From: Bugula neritina
Taxonomy: Eukaryota; Animalia; Bryozoa
Assembly: GCA_964035545.1 (NCBI GenBank)
Contig: OZ037765.1
Location: 14,332,698-14,396,697 of the forward strand
Direction of reading: 5' to 3'
DNA length: 64,000 bases
Shown: in pieces, positions 12,801 through 27,109 of the stretch
How positions within the stretch are numbered: position 1 is the stretch's first letter
Layout: each line of letters opens with the position of its first letter
Made by a program: the position numbers and the translations under genes
Notes under the pieces: generated by a model
The model's database searches: none
What the model saw: only the letters and a program-made list of their open reading frames with translations
Told to the model about the DNA's origin: nothing

Positions 12801-15800
12801 TGAAAATCAAAATATCAATATTTTTCATATTGAATGGTCTTCAGTTACATTGAGATTAGGAAAATTATTTATCTGGAAGCTAATTAAATTGATATTTTAT
12901 TATTGTTGAATACAGTGCAGTTGTGATCCCCTATACAGTAACTTCACCTATGCCCAAATTTTAGAGTTTGTCATCTATAACAGGCAGAAACAATAGCATT
13001 TGACATCAGGTTGCAGGTGTATAATAAAGAAAAGTAGATTAGGATATGCTTATTGCTTATATCAGTCAATTCAAGCATAAAGTAATGGAATAGTCCTCTT
13101 TTCCCATGGACAAAAGCTATGTTAGACAATCATTAATTCATAAATCACAAAGGCTAAAATATTCACTAGTAATAGTGCAGCTTCACAGGCAGATAGTCCG
13201 CCTGCTGCTACCTGGGCAAGACTTCACTAACATTATGGCTCTCAGATAAAGTATATAATAATACCTGGCAGTATATCAGTTAATGAGTATTATCACCCAG
13301 TAATATGTTGTATTGTAATGAAAATCATTGTATCCAATATAAACAGTGTTATAGTGGCATTACCCGACATGTAGAAGTTGTTTGTACAATGCATAGATCA
13401 TTACCGAATCTCATAGTGAACATGTATCTTATATTTCCACATACAATACTTATAGACAAGGTTATTGGAGCAGAGAGGAAGTCAGATAGAATAATGAGTA
13501 TGGAGCTAGTGATGCCAATGAGGATGTAAAGAAGAAGAAAAGGAAAGAATCTGGATACAACTATATGGCAATATCGGACAGTATGCCCACATCGGAGGAA
13601 CTGATTGTTGTAGGAGACCTCAATGGACATGTTGGAGTAGAGAGAGATGGTTTTGAAAGATGGAACGGTGGCAAGACACGTGGAAACATCAATGAAGAAG
13701 GAAAGCAGATTTTGAACTATGCTAGGGAGTGTGAATTGGCACTGGTGAACACATTCTTCACTAGAAGTGATGCTCAGACCTACACTTTCAAAAGTGGACC
13801 AAATCAAACTGTGATTGACTACATCGGGATTAGACGAGAAAGTCTTAGCAAGATCAAGGAATGTAAAGTGATCTGAGGGAAATCTGTAGCATCACATCGG
13901 CTTCTGATGGTTGAAATACTAGCCAAGAAGAATAAGAGAAGATCCAGAAAAAAGAAAGATTAGCTGGTGGAAGCTCAGAAAGCCGGAAGGGAAAGAGCCC
14001 TCAGAGAAACTGAGTGAAAAGCTAGATGGAATCTATACTGAGGAAGGATTGCAGTGGGCAGAGACTTATTCAATGGTTATGGAGGCAGCCAAAGAAATTT
14101 TCAGAGAGTCAGTGGCAGGTAAGCACCTAGAGACAGAGTTTTGGTGGTGGAATGAGGACGTACAGTCAGCAGTAAAAGAGAAGGGAGATGCATGGAACGA
14201 ATGGAAAAGAGCATGAAGATAACAAAGAAGAAGCAAGAGAACAATACACCAGCCTGAAAAAGACAAGCAATGAAAAGGTAGCCATAGCAAAAAAAGCAGC
14301 ACCGGAAAACTTATACGATGAATTAAAGAAGAATGGACCGAAGGTCATCCACCGCCTAGCTAAAACTAGACACTGGAGATCTAAGGATATTGATAGAATA
14401 CCTTTTGTCAAGGACATAGATGGAAAGATTCTGTGTGAAGATGAGCAAATCAAAAAGAGATGGAAAAAGTACTTCAATGGTCTACGAAATAATTAGAACT
14501 GTAGGGAGGAACTGCCCCCGCAGTTACCAGTGCAAGAGCAAATACTCAAAATCCATGAAGACAAAGTCAACACTTAGATAGGAAAGATGAAAACCAACAA
14601 AGCCACAGGGCCAGACCAGCTACCAATTGATATCATAAAGCTGCTGGAAGAAAGAGGAAACACCTGTATGATAGCGTGTTTGAACAACATCATCTCCGAA
14701 AGGATACCACTAGACTGGAGGGAGAGCACGATAACACCAATATATAAACAGAAAGGAGGCTCTCTAGACTGCGGAAACTACCAGGGTAATAAAACTGCTA
14801 AGCCACTGCCTTACACTATTGGAGAGGATAATTGAGCAGAGAATCAAAGTATTAGTTACAATCAAGCAAAACCAGTATGGATTTCAGAAGGGGAAATCAA
14901 CTACAGAGCTGATGTGCTGCTTCAGAATTCTGCAGGAGAAACACAGAAAATACAACAAAGCGCTTCATATGGTGTTAGTGAACCTTGAAAAAGCCTACGA
15001 TACTATACCATGTGGCTTTGCTTACGAAAGCAAATGCTTCTAGAGCAGTACATCGACATCATTAAAGACATGTGCAAAGACTGTAGCACCAGTGTTAGGA
15101 CCGACTCTGGGTTGGCAGACAAGATCCAAAGTGAAGTTGGATTGCATGAGGGATTGGCACTAAGCCTCCTGCTATTCATTATAATAATAGATGTTCTAGC
15201 AGAAGACATCAACGAGTACAGCCCATTGGCAATGCTATTTGCCGGTGATCTGGTCCTTTGCGATAGTGATAGGGAGAGACTAGAAAGAAGGTTAGATATA
15301 TGGATAGAGAAGATAGAGGCAGCTGGATTGAAGATAACCCGAAAGAAAACAGAACTTTGCCAGCCGTTGGAGACCAAGAAAACATTAGGATGAAGAAGTA
15401 TGGCAGTCAAGAAATGGAAAGCCTGCCTAAATGTTCTCAGTTCAAGTACTTGGGCACAACAATCCAGCAAGATGAAGGTTGCCGCAAGGAGACTGAGCTG
15501 AGAATATCCAAGGCTTGGAATAAGTAGAGAGAGCTGACTGGTGGGCTCTGCGACAAAAAATGCCTACTAAACTGAAAGTGCTGATTTATAAAACAGCTAT
15601 CAGACCAGTTCTGCTATATAGAAATGAGACATGGCCCATCACAAGATCTCTGGCTGATAAGATGTTATCCTGTGAGATTCGCATGTTGAGATACTGCTTG
15701 AATATAAGTTTAGAGGACCATGAGACAAACGAAAAAATAACAGCAGAAGCCAGAGTGATGGTATGGGCATGCTAAACGGAGAGAAAATGAAGACAACATC

Positions 15801-18800
15801 TGGAGAGTGGCAGAGATGACAGTTGAAGGACTTCGACTTAGGGGTAGACCAAAGCAAAGATGGTGCGACACAATAAACTCAGACCTTAGATGGCTTGATC
15901 TAGATGGTACAGATGCTGAAGATTGAGTGCAATGGAGGAGTTTGGTAGAACTTGGTATCAGACAGAAACCCGCCACCCGAAAGGTGACCTTACAATACTT
16001 ACAGACATCAGCTAGCCTACTAGTAGTACAATACACAAGAACTGAACAGTGGCTCTATAACTACCACCGCCACCTATCACTATCACCACTACCACTACCA
16101 TGACTATAACTCAATTATCATTGCTATGAATGCCACGACTTCCACTACCACTACTAACACTACCACTACTACTATCTTACACTATCACTACAACTATTCT
16201 CTCAACCCCATAAGATAATGTACTACTCGTACTGAAGATATTCCTTCGCCCACATACCATGATTACAGTGAGTGACATGGTAAGTCTAGTCACACCTCCA
16301 AAGAATGATGCTGCACCTATGAGAGCCATAGCCCCTGGATCTATCCATGCCCAGAGAGTATTACCAATAAATACACCAAACATTTTCACCATTGCAATGC
16401 CAATCATACGCCCATATATAGCGCCAATCAACCTGCGGTATAAGCAAAAGCCTGAATTACCTTCACGTGAATTATAATGGAAGTTTAGTAAAAACCAGAA
16501 TAAACGTGTGACAGTGTAAAGTACTTACAGCATCGGCACCACCAGTCCACTAGATATTGCAGTGCCAGCCGACCAGCACGCACACAGGAAGTAGACCGCG
16601 AAAACCGCTAAGAGAGGGAAAAATTCGAATTCAGTGTGAGTTTCTCGAGAGAATAGTCGTTTGATAGCTCTTTCTCCGTTAGTCATTAGAAGTGTTGAGA
16701 CTGCACAGCAACCAGAGCAAGTCATAACATGTATTAAAGAAGCACATACAATGCAAAAGCATGTTTTGTAATCAAATAAGTATATGCGAAGTGAGGCAAT
16801 GCTACGCAGTTATATAATAATATAGGCAATAATATATTTTTATGGTGATGACAAAAAGCAAGACTACTATATGTACCTTGGTTGTATGTTTTATTAGTAA
16901 ACACAGCAGTTTGATCAGTGCTGTTCAGCACAACTCCCGGAGGACAATTGTAAAACTGGGTGTCGGAGATGTTAGCTAGCCAACTGAGGCTTCTTCCAGC
17001 AGATTGTTTTTCACACCATAACTGCTCCCTAATCATTACATAAATTATAAGATAGAGATATTACTCAACATATAACCATACAGGGGCATCGAATTAGCAG
17101 AGCTTCTACAGACAGGTATATCAAGGTTAACTTTGTAGCTACACCTCACATCATGTGAAGGTAAAATTGATCCGAAATCATAAAACAATTAAATAAAGCT
17201 ACATACTGTTCTATGCACATATTATTTTATGAATACTATTTAAATACCATAATGGTGAAAAGCACCTTACTGATCTAGAGACTAAATTATTAATAATAAA
17301 ACTATCTTATGGAAAAAATTATTACATCTATGTACCCCATAAAATTACCATAACATGTTAATAGGAAATTTGTAAATATATATGAGCTGGAAATATGTTT
17401 CTAGAAATCTAGAGTCTACTGGCATTTTGATGTGTTTACTCACCAATAAATTGGGACCAGAGTTCAATTAGATAAAACTTTAGATTATTTTTTAATAACT
17501 TTGGCCTACTTCAACAAAAAAATAATAATATCACTTCAGTTACTGAAATTATGTTTTCTCTTAGATGCTAAACCAAAAAAAAACTCAGATTTAATTTTCT
17601 TGACTTCATTTATAAATAAACACATAAAATCAGAAGCAGACATTAAAATTCTTGAGATTTAAATAAAAACACATTTCAATTTCATGAAACAGAGCTATTA
17701 TAACAAAAAATTCTGACAAAGTTTTGACATTTTCATACATGTAGAGATATCAAATTACAAAACATTTATTAGCATTTTTGAGATGATAAAAAGTTGATTT
17801 GGTAACAGAAAGTTATTCTAACTTTTCTGATACCTGAAAAAGAGCATTTTAAAGGGTTTTAGTCTTAGAAATAATTCTACAATTGCTGATCATATATTTT
17901 GTCTGAATAATTAAGATGTTAGTGCTTTAGTGAAATGGTTATGTGATCAGCTTTCTAGACTTACTGGGTTATGAAAATGCCATGTCCTGTTTAAACATTT
18001 CAAGTTTTGCATTATTTTGGAACCGCTGCAAAGTAGTAAGTACAGTTCACCATCAGTATTACAACGTGAACAACTTTCAAAGAAGATAGTGAAGACATTT
18101 TATTTATAAAGAAATAATAAAACTAACCCTGTTGTTTGATTGCTCTTAACCATACACTGAAAAGGAGTGCAGGGGAAAGCTGCAGGCAAAAACACTGATA
18201 TTGATATATAGAGTGTCTGAAACAAAAAGTACAAATATTGACTGCAAACATATGCTTTACATGATGTTTCAACATAGACTGTGGTGGTGAATAATATAAG
18301 ACAAAGAACCAGTATCAGAACAACTAATTACAGTAACATTGGAGCTAACGCATGTAAAATAATGCTATCTAATATGGATTTATAACCACTAAATACAGAT
18401 TATAATTTAAAAACTTTTTTACTATTTGTTTCTAAACTTATAAAATTAAACTTGGTAAGCAATCAAATTAAAAAGTAATGAAAATATTGTATGCTTTCTA
18501 AAACCACTAAAAGAAGGGAAAAAAGGTAACTAACTATTCTACCAGGATGATTAGTGGCTCCAATACTCTGCAAAGCTTTTGCAAATGTGAAGATGCAATA
18601 CTGGAGAGAATTCTCTTCCTGGCCCTGGCAATCTTGAGGTTGATGATTGTAAATACACCACCCAGTGTTCCTCCCAAAACACCAATCAGTATAGTCGGCA
18701 CAAACACAGCAATATGGAAATCAAATCCTTGATATACCTGAAACAACCGCACAAATCAAGTGCAAATATCTAAGCTACAGTCATAATTTTTTATATACTT

Positions 18801-21800
18801 TTGAATATTTGATTATAGAATTACAATGGACAAAAATTTGCAAATTAATATTGAGTAATGTTGAAGAAATATTGATATCTAATTTAAACTCTAAAATTCT
18901 TTACATCTGCAAACTAGTAAAATTAATATTAAGTGAAAAAGTAAATTATATAACTGCATTCATTAGATTACCATCGTTGATTTCTAAAATTAGAAGATCA
19001 GGTAAACTTCTCAATATTACAGAACATTATAAATCAGTTACACAAAAATAACACTTTCAAAATTATTTTCACAACACAATAAATTAAAATTCAAGTATAA
19101 GCTTAGAGTTATCTTCTCCAAGATAGACAAGACCAATTAATGCAAGCAGTTTGTGTGCAATAATCATGCACACTGGTTACTGGAGTGCTACATTGCTTAT
19201 GCATATAACATTTATATCAGCACAGCTGTAATGAAACAATGAAATTATTTATGATTGCAAAATACTTCATTTTGACATACTTTGAATAAAATAAATTGTG
19301 TAGACTTGAACAAACCAAAACTGCCAGTAAAATCAAATCCTTTGAAGGCTGAATTAAACAGACTTGAAGTAAATACAGAAATCATACAACAGAAGAAAAT
19401 CTGCCAGCTGAGTTTGTCATTCCAGAAAGAGGAGACCTACAAGTAGTTGAACATACTCTACAAACAATTCCTCACTTTACGATTAACTTAATCACTTCAG
19501 TACAAGAAAGAGTAAAATGTGAAATATGATTTAAATTTTAAACTAAAGTTGCAACATAAACTATTTTACAAATTGCTTTGAAAAACTTCATCATTTATGA
19601 AAAAACTTTCTGCAATTTTCACATGTATTTCAATTAGTTGATGATTTCTTGGTGCTTAGAAATTCAGGTTGTCCATCCTCACAGTTTCCTGCAAAGACCT
19701 ACTGTTTTAACTCAGTGGTTCAGAGTATACATTAACTTTTTAAAATAGAGTAAAAGTGTCTACATAAATAGACACCAAAGAATTTCGCCTATGAATAAAA
19801 ATCTGCTATGATAACTTTAACAAGTTTATCACCACTAGTTTTACATAAAGAATGCCGTTGCAATGCCAATCACCCTCAACTTGTACGTTTGTAAGAGTAG
19901 CTACAAATGTCTTCTTCACTTTTTCATAATTGGTGTTTGTTTTGAAACGGAGTGTTTGTAATTAGCTTGTATCAATACGTTGCATTTGTATCCAAGACAG
20001 TTGAAAAAGTGAGATAGCATATTAAAAAGGGTATAAGAACAAAAATACTATAACTTCCGTAAAAAGATGAGAAATTAGAAAAAGTTAATGGATTTTTTGC
20101 AATACCTCTAAAGGGTTTCAACATTTAAACTTAATTTCCTTATTTTATATACAACTGCAAACATCATTGAAAATATTTTACTTTGGAACAAACTAAGAAA
20201 AAACCTCGCTTAAATAATAAATTGACTTGATCTACCTCTTCCATGGAGAAAAGTAATCCACCCACTGGTGCACCAAATGCAGCTGAAACCCCAGCAGCTG
20301 CCCCAGCAGATACAAAGTTTCTCCTACAATGTGTAATGAAAGTTATAATGACATTCCTAGAGCCCAAATATTTATGACATAGGCATATAAATGTTCACAA
20401 ATATGTATAACTTCTGCACTGCTGGAGCTGTATAATCTTTGTTAGAAGATTTACTGTTTTTGAGATAGTGCAAATTATTTGAGCAAGATTATAGAAGTAG
20501 CTTTGTCAATGTAAACACATGGGATAGAGGTTGACATTTCCAATCATTTCCTAGGTGCAATAAGTATCTTGAAATTATGTGAAATAGATTAGTAGTAGAG
20601 TACTAAGTAAAATTGGTGAGGTGCCATACTTTGACTTTATCCACATCAAACTAATCTTCACAGAATTACTTGCTGGCTCAGTGGGTTGACTATTACAGAA
20701 CGAGATAAAATGACTCAGTAATATCTAGATTTGTTAATTGCTAATTGTGTAACTACATTGCTATTCTAACTACATAACTACATAGGTGTCTGCAAAAACC
20801 ATGCATATGTTATTCAGTAAACTGTCATAAATCTGCAAACTTACATTTACAGAAACATATCAACAAAATGTTTTGCATACGTTGGATTTATTAAAGATAC
20901 AAACCGATCTTCAGAATTTCTAAATCTTTCAAAAAATGGCAATTGAACCTTCAAAGTATCGGATTTAAATTGGCTAATTCCAGCGCCTACCAGACTTCTG
21001 TAACACAACATACAGAGCACAGTGTAAAGAGCATCCGAAAACAGCTACTATTGCCTACACAGAAAATCTGTAAATTATGTTGCTCTGGTAAGACAATAGG
21101 CAATACATCAGCAAACCCTCAATATTGACATTTTTCATTGAGTGTGACAGAAACTTGAACAACTAATCTATACTTCAAAACTTGTTATGAAACAACTATG
21201 TGTTGGGAAAACATGCTGCACATAGTTTAAATACTGTGACAGTTCACTAAAAAGTTGCAATGATTTAAGAATTACGCAGTAGAGCTTTGTAGCGGGATAT
21301 TGTAACATATTGATCAGCCGATTGTACTGCACATGACTTAATGACCCTGGCTAACTTCCTTTTCTGTTTTAACAATTATGGTGAGGTTAGTTATTCCTAG
21401 TTATTTCATGAAGTAGTTATCAGTTCCTCATGAATTCGTAATAGGCATAGAAAAGGCCCACACATATTATGTTCTCCTATGTAACTAGACAGTCATAACT
21501 GCTTTTAGCAATACTTGTTACACACTTCTGTGTTCATCTTATCATTTTTTGGCATTTTCTGTAAAACTTTCTACATGTTACATCTACAACACAAGTTATG
21601 TTACATTTAGCCCGTGGTGTCCATGGGACAACATTGTTTACTATCAATATCCCAAGGTTTTTTTTCAACTCTGACAAGTAGAATATTACAAAGGGTTATG
21701 GGGTTGAAGATCTGCAGCTACACTGTCTATTGTCTAAGCATTGAGCTCAAACTATTTCACACCACACATAAAACCCTACTAGTTTATTGCATAACCATAT

Positions 21801-24543
21801 ACCAACTCAACAAAAATATTTGAAAAAATTCGAAATTGAATAATCGCAGGGCACTGTATTTTCATTGGTTGGGATCACCTATTATGTTAAAAATTTAACT
21901 ATCTACGTGTACATTTCGGCCATTTAAAAATGTGAGCCAACATTAATATGACATTTAATATTAATGTATACATTTTATACAAAGTAAATATTTGCCCACC
22001 AAATGAAAATTTGTGTTTGCACACATACCCGAGGTGTATCATTGGTCCTTCCGGCCCAACAGGTAATCCGCTGCCAACAGACAGACAGCAGGAAATGAAT
22101 TTTATAACTAATGTCTTTACATTGAAAATATGACGAACTTGAGTGCCATTTAGAAAGCATATTAGTTCAGGTATACCGGATCCAGCTGCTGATGGTCTCA
22201 AATACTGTAAAACAATCATGGCAGGCTACTAGTCTATAACAATGCAAACCGCACCCTCTGTATCATATATACTTGACAATTTAATTATGAAACATTAATT
22301 TCAGTTCAATTAGAAAGACAAGCTTATTATACAAAGCATATAACCTGAACTAAATTTTATATATATTATGCAAATTCGTATGTTAATTACTACAATTATA
22401 CTCATGAAAAAACAGGCTTTATTACTGAGTGACAAACAATAACATGAGAATAGACACTAAATGTATTTTAATGACATGTTATTATTACATATATTATAAA
22501 CAAAACATCAAGTAATATTTACTATGGAAAATCTTACCACAACAAACACAGTACCAAAAAGTAAGAATAAAGTTGAAAAACCCACACACCATCCCCATGC
22601 AAGCAGCAAGTTATCAACCTACAATGAAATGAGGGTCATACAACACAGTTGTATTATTCAAGTAGGATTAACCTTTATATTATAAAGAAAATTTTTTTAA
22701 AAATAAACTTTATAAACACTTACTGCTAAATATTCTGAAGCTTTATTTATTCGTATATCTGTTAGCAATTCAATGGTTTGATGCAATAAAAAACCAATAA
22801 AACCCACAACAAAACCAATTAAACCCATCATAACCCATAGGTCCCAGTCTAGCCTGCAAAAATTATAAATATTTTTGAGATTTTACAACTACCATAATTT
22901 GTTACACTACCATCTATCTTCACATTACCTCTATACACCATTGACATAAAAATTAAAATAAAAGTTACAGAACAATAATTAGAAAATTACATAATCAATG
23001 ATAGTAGGGTCATTTTACTTAATTTAGTGCACACTTGATATCGCTAGTTTTTAGCCATTTTTCACAATGTGACTGTTAATTTATAAGGGTTTTTTGCGCT
23101 AAACCAATAAAATATTGATAAATACAACTACATAATCAAGATTATTTACTCATTTTGCTTGATTTCCTATGTTTTATCCTAACTTTTTTAGTAAATTAGG
23201 ATATGCAGACTGTGGGGAAAAACCATCATGGTCCGTAAATACATTTTTAGCTTATATAACAACGACATTGCAATTTGATAATGCAGGATCCCCTCCAAGC
23301 CTTTTATGTTATGCATAGTTAGAATCAGCACATAAAATTACCCCATATAGTAAATTGTCATGAATTTTGAGCAAAATTTAATTTTTGGTCCTAACTTATT
23401 GATGTGCAGGTACTAAATAAAGTAAAATGACACAGCATTACAAATTGCAAAGCAAATCTAATGCTCAAACAAATGATAAAGTTATTGAAAATAATTCAGC
23501 AGTTAAAGTTGGTTAAGTTATTACCAATAATGCTTTGATTTTATAACTGCTCTAAATTGCAGATTTAATGGAAAAAATTAGATCTGTACTCCTATAAATT
23601 ATTATTCAACATTTGATGACCTTCAATACAAAACATTTCCAGGGAACATAAATATAGCTACAGGAAGTGGAAGGTGTTAAAAATCAACTGAATAAGCTGC
23701 TCAACAAACCTGGATGGTTGTCTTTTTATCCAATTTTTATAAACTTCACTGTGAGAGGGAAGATAATCTTGACTCTCATAAGTGCGCAATGTTTCTTTTT
23801 CCTCAGATGTATATTTGTGATTTGTAAATGTACTCTCAAAATCACGACCCTATAACAGCAAGTACCTTATATAATAGAAATTTAAAGTACAAGTGGCATC
23901 TCCTATTAGTTGCAACATCATAACATAATGCTTTAGTGTAATAACTTTCTTTGACTTGAGGCTCCTCTAGTAAATGACTGGCAACATCTTTCCAATTTCT
24001 ACAACCATTTATTACGAAAACAAAGTAATATGCCGATGGTTATAGTTGTTTGGGGATATGTATTAGCAAAGTGAGAAACTCTGCTCACTATCTTTGAGAA
24101 ATGGCGGCATAAAGCATTAAGTCGCATAAATTTTTGTGGCGAAGTAGTAAACTTATGAAAGATAAAATTTCAGAGAAATGAAACTAAGCTTCAGAACATA
24201 GATATTGCCAGATTTACATCTACCAACAAGCACTGGAAAACAATTATTCAAGCTCCAACAGACTATGTTTTAAAAATACCTTTGCAAAGAAAGGCATCTC
24301 TTTAGCATCATCATGATAATGAATTGCATCATCTTCAGGAGGTTGGAAAGCAACACCATATTTTGAAAGGCGTGAAGGCCTGTGCCTAAGAGAAATAGAT
24401 TGACTAGACAAAGTTAGTGGTGTTTGAGTATCATCTACAGTCCTCTTAGGTGCCTCTGAAGGAATTTCTGTCATCCGCAAGGCAGAACTTCCTGTGAAAT
24501 CCACAGATTCCCTCTCTAATTCACTAGCACCTTGTACCTCCAT
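9811..24543 (-). CDS. CLC-family chloride transporter (ClC-6/7-related, antiporter-type residues, C-terminal CBS pair), ~927 aa, 17 coding exons
   Basis: Exons with GT-AG sites and matching phases: 24280-24543, 23710-23849, 22724-22853, 22538-22618, 22029-22204, 20905-20997, 20236-20323, 19281-19436, 18543-18737, 18128-18216, 16877-16983, 16529-16700, 16258-16432, 12373-12542, 11860-12036, 11272-11461, 9811-10191 (2784 nt in total). Motifs: [59 protein letters not shown]. Confidence 0.93.
13455..15990 (+). mobile_element. Degenerate RTE-like non-LTR retrotransposon (APE endonuclease + RT), antisense in a CLC intron
   Basis: Frameshifted fragments with endonuclease motifs ([16 protein letters not shown]) and RT motifs ([34 protein letters not shown]). 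Many stops; ends approximate. Confidence 0.9.
16060..16195 (+). repeat. Degenerate (CAC/TAC)n trinucleotide tract
   Basis: Runs such as ctaccaccgccacc and actaccactacc directly after the LINE. Confidence 0.6.
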
Positions 24544-24693
24544 AGATCGTAGCCTCTTTACAAACTCATCTCAAAATGAATTAGTTCCTGTTCCTTGTAC
24601 TTTGTGCACAATTCTTGCACTAAAAAATTCTAACAGAAAAAACTGTCAATAATTGTGTAACTAAAATTTACCAATTTGTCCATTTATAAGTTA

Positions 24694-24697
<4 letters not shown>

Positions 24698-24752
<55 letters not shown>

Positions 24753-24855
24753 AGTGTGTGTGCGAGTGTGTGTGTGCGAGTGTGTGTGCGAGTGTGTGTG
24801 TGCGAGTGTGTGTGTGCGAGTGTGTGTGTGTGTGCGAGTGTGTGTGCGAGTGTGA
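24698..24855. repeat. (TG)n microsatellite grading into (TG)nCGAG compound repeat
   Basis: Visible directly. Confidence 0.95.
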
Positions 24856-26149
24856 GCATTAAATACTGTAATAAACTATGTAGTCAAACTCAAAAACTTA
24901 ATGATAAGAGTCAACACATCAGTTTAATAATAAAATAATGGTAGGTTTAGAAATTGTGTAAAAACATCCTTGGCTACATAATTTTTTTTAGATGTAACCT
25001 AAAAGCAGAAAAAATTCAATATAAATTGAAACAAATACATAAAGGTCTTGAAATTAAATTTACTCTTTTGTTAACTGGTAAAAAAGTAAACTAGATGTGC
25101 TTATAAAATATTAAATACAACTTTAAATAGGAATAAACATTAACAAGTGATAATTCTTTGTACACCAACTCGTAGCTTTATACCAACTGTCTTTAACTTT
25201 CAATATAATGATGATTTCTAGTACTACATTAACCACCCAAACTCCATGTTGATGTTTATTACTTATGTAATAACTATTTTTATTTATTAATACAATTAAA
25301 TAATTATAATTACTACCATCAGTTATGATATCAATATAATTATCGATATGGTGATGATTGTATTTTTACTTCAATTGGTGTCAATTTGCCTGCTTCTTTA
25401 GTGTCAATACTTATAGATCATAGTTGACGCAAATAATATTTAAAATAAAATTACACTTCAGTTTAGACAACATCATCATCTACTCTTAGTGCTTTTAGTA
25501 ATTGGCATATGCCATACTCATTGGGGTTGCTGCTAGTGTTACACTTAGTTTTTTTTTACTGTAAGTGTTATACCTTCAGTCTCATGTCACTAAAAGTAAA
25601 CGAGGCGTTCACATTGACATATAATTTTACCACGAGCTCTGACAAAATAAATCTTAAACCACATAGTAATACTAATAGTAGTATCATAGTACTAGTTGAC
25701 ATAGCATTACCAGTATCACTCAGACTGATAGTCATAGTGATAGTCAGTATCACAATCATAATGATACTGATAGACTTCACCCTAACAACATGAATATCTT
25801 CAACAGTCACTCTAAGTTTAATTCACAAATTTAGTTTCACTGAGTGATTAACGGTCACATTGTCAATTTGATTTTACATTTCATCAGGTCATTAGAATTC
25901 GTCATTAAATTTCGACTTTCACTTTGATTTAGTTATTAACTTAAAGTTAAAGTGAGTAACATTATCATTATGACTATGATAATGATTACCATGTGATTGA
26001 AAATGACGTGGTGATGAGCACTAATTTTAAATTACTATTGCTTTTTACTTCAAGCTCAACATTTAAATAATTACTTCAATTTTATCTACTTCTACTTCTC
26101 GTAACTACTCAACAGTAAACTAGTTCTTCTACTTTGACAGTGACAGCGA

Positions 26150-26560
26150 CAGTGACTGACTGACTCTCAGTCTCACAGAGACAAAACAAATCTTCTATTC
26201 TTAGCAAAGATATTCCAAAAATTAAGCTTCATTTTATAAAATGATCATATACCACCAAATATAACTAAAACGGTAATGAACCTTCTCTATGATTGTTCGA
26301 CTATTACTATTAGTACAAGTATAAAAATCATTATTATAAAAAGCCAAAGGGCAGACCAAACGTTTGAACCACCCACCGGAAACACCGGAAAAAATGTAGA
26401 AAGTTTGCTTTTCCTTGTGTTGCCTAGGGTTGTCGTTTTCTACTACTAATATACAAGGCATATTTCCGATACTAAATTGCGTTCGCGAGAGCTCACGCAG
26501 CAGCACCTTGCACTCCGAGATGATCGATATCCATAGATGGATATCTACCATCTCCGCTTG
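26150..26560 (-). promoter_or_regulatory. Putative promoter / 5'UTR exon region of the CLC gene
   Basis: Local CpG enrichment, tandem CCGGAA ETS-like sites (~26376, ~26385) and a TCGCGAGA motif (~26484). It lies upstream of the first coding exon. Position is inferred. Confidence 0.4.
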
Positions 26561-27109
26561 CACTGTCCTTAACAATTTTGCTCACATGAAATATTGTAAT
26601 GGTTAGAAGAAGTATACCCTCCCTCCGGTACCCTCTGCTAAACATGACTATAGATTATGGTGAAACTAACGTCAAGGGCGACAACTCCGCAAACCCTTGC
26701 CGCATTTCTATGCGGTGCCCTATTAGTAACTACGAATGACACCGCCGGAACCCTGTATTATCCAATCAGGATCCACTCTGTATATATAAGCAATGCCTTC
26801 CGGCGCCCACAGCAGTCTTGTGGGGTAGTAGTAGATAACTAGTTAACTACATTTACCGCTCTACGCTTTATACTTATGTTGTTTTTTTTTCATTGTATTT
26901 GTGATTGTTTTCATTGTACGTAATTAATTATAATACAATTATTCATCAAACATTCAACTAACTCGGTTGCTTCTATAACCTTGCAAGTAGAGATGCAGTA
27001 AATACCAGCGCACAATAATACCCAAATCAGTAGTGCATAAAACTACAACAGTGGTGGCAGCGGTGGGATAATTGTGCGTCAATGCAACTGCTATTGGGAT
27101 AATAAAGAT

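Noticed and set aside
17350-17995. Possible TTAA-flanked DNA transposon remnant in a CLC intron
   Set aside because: The TIR match is too weak to define ends.
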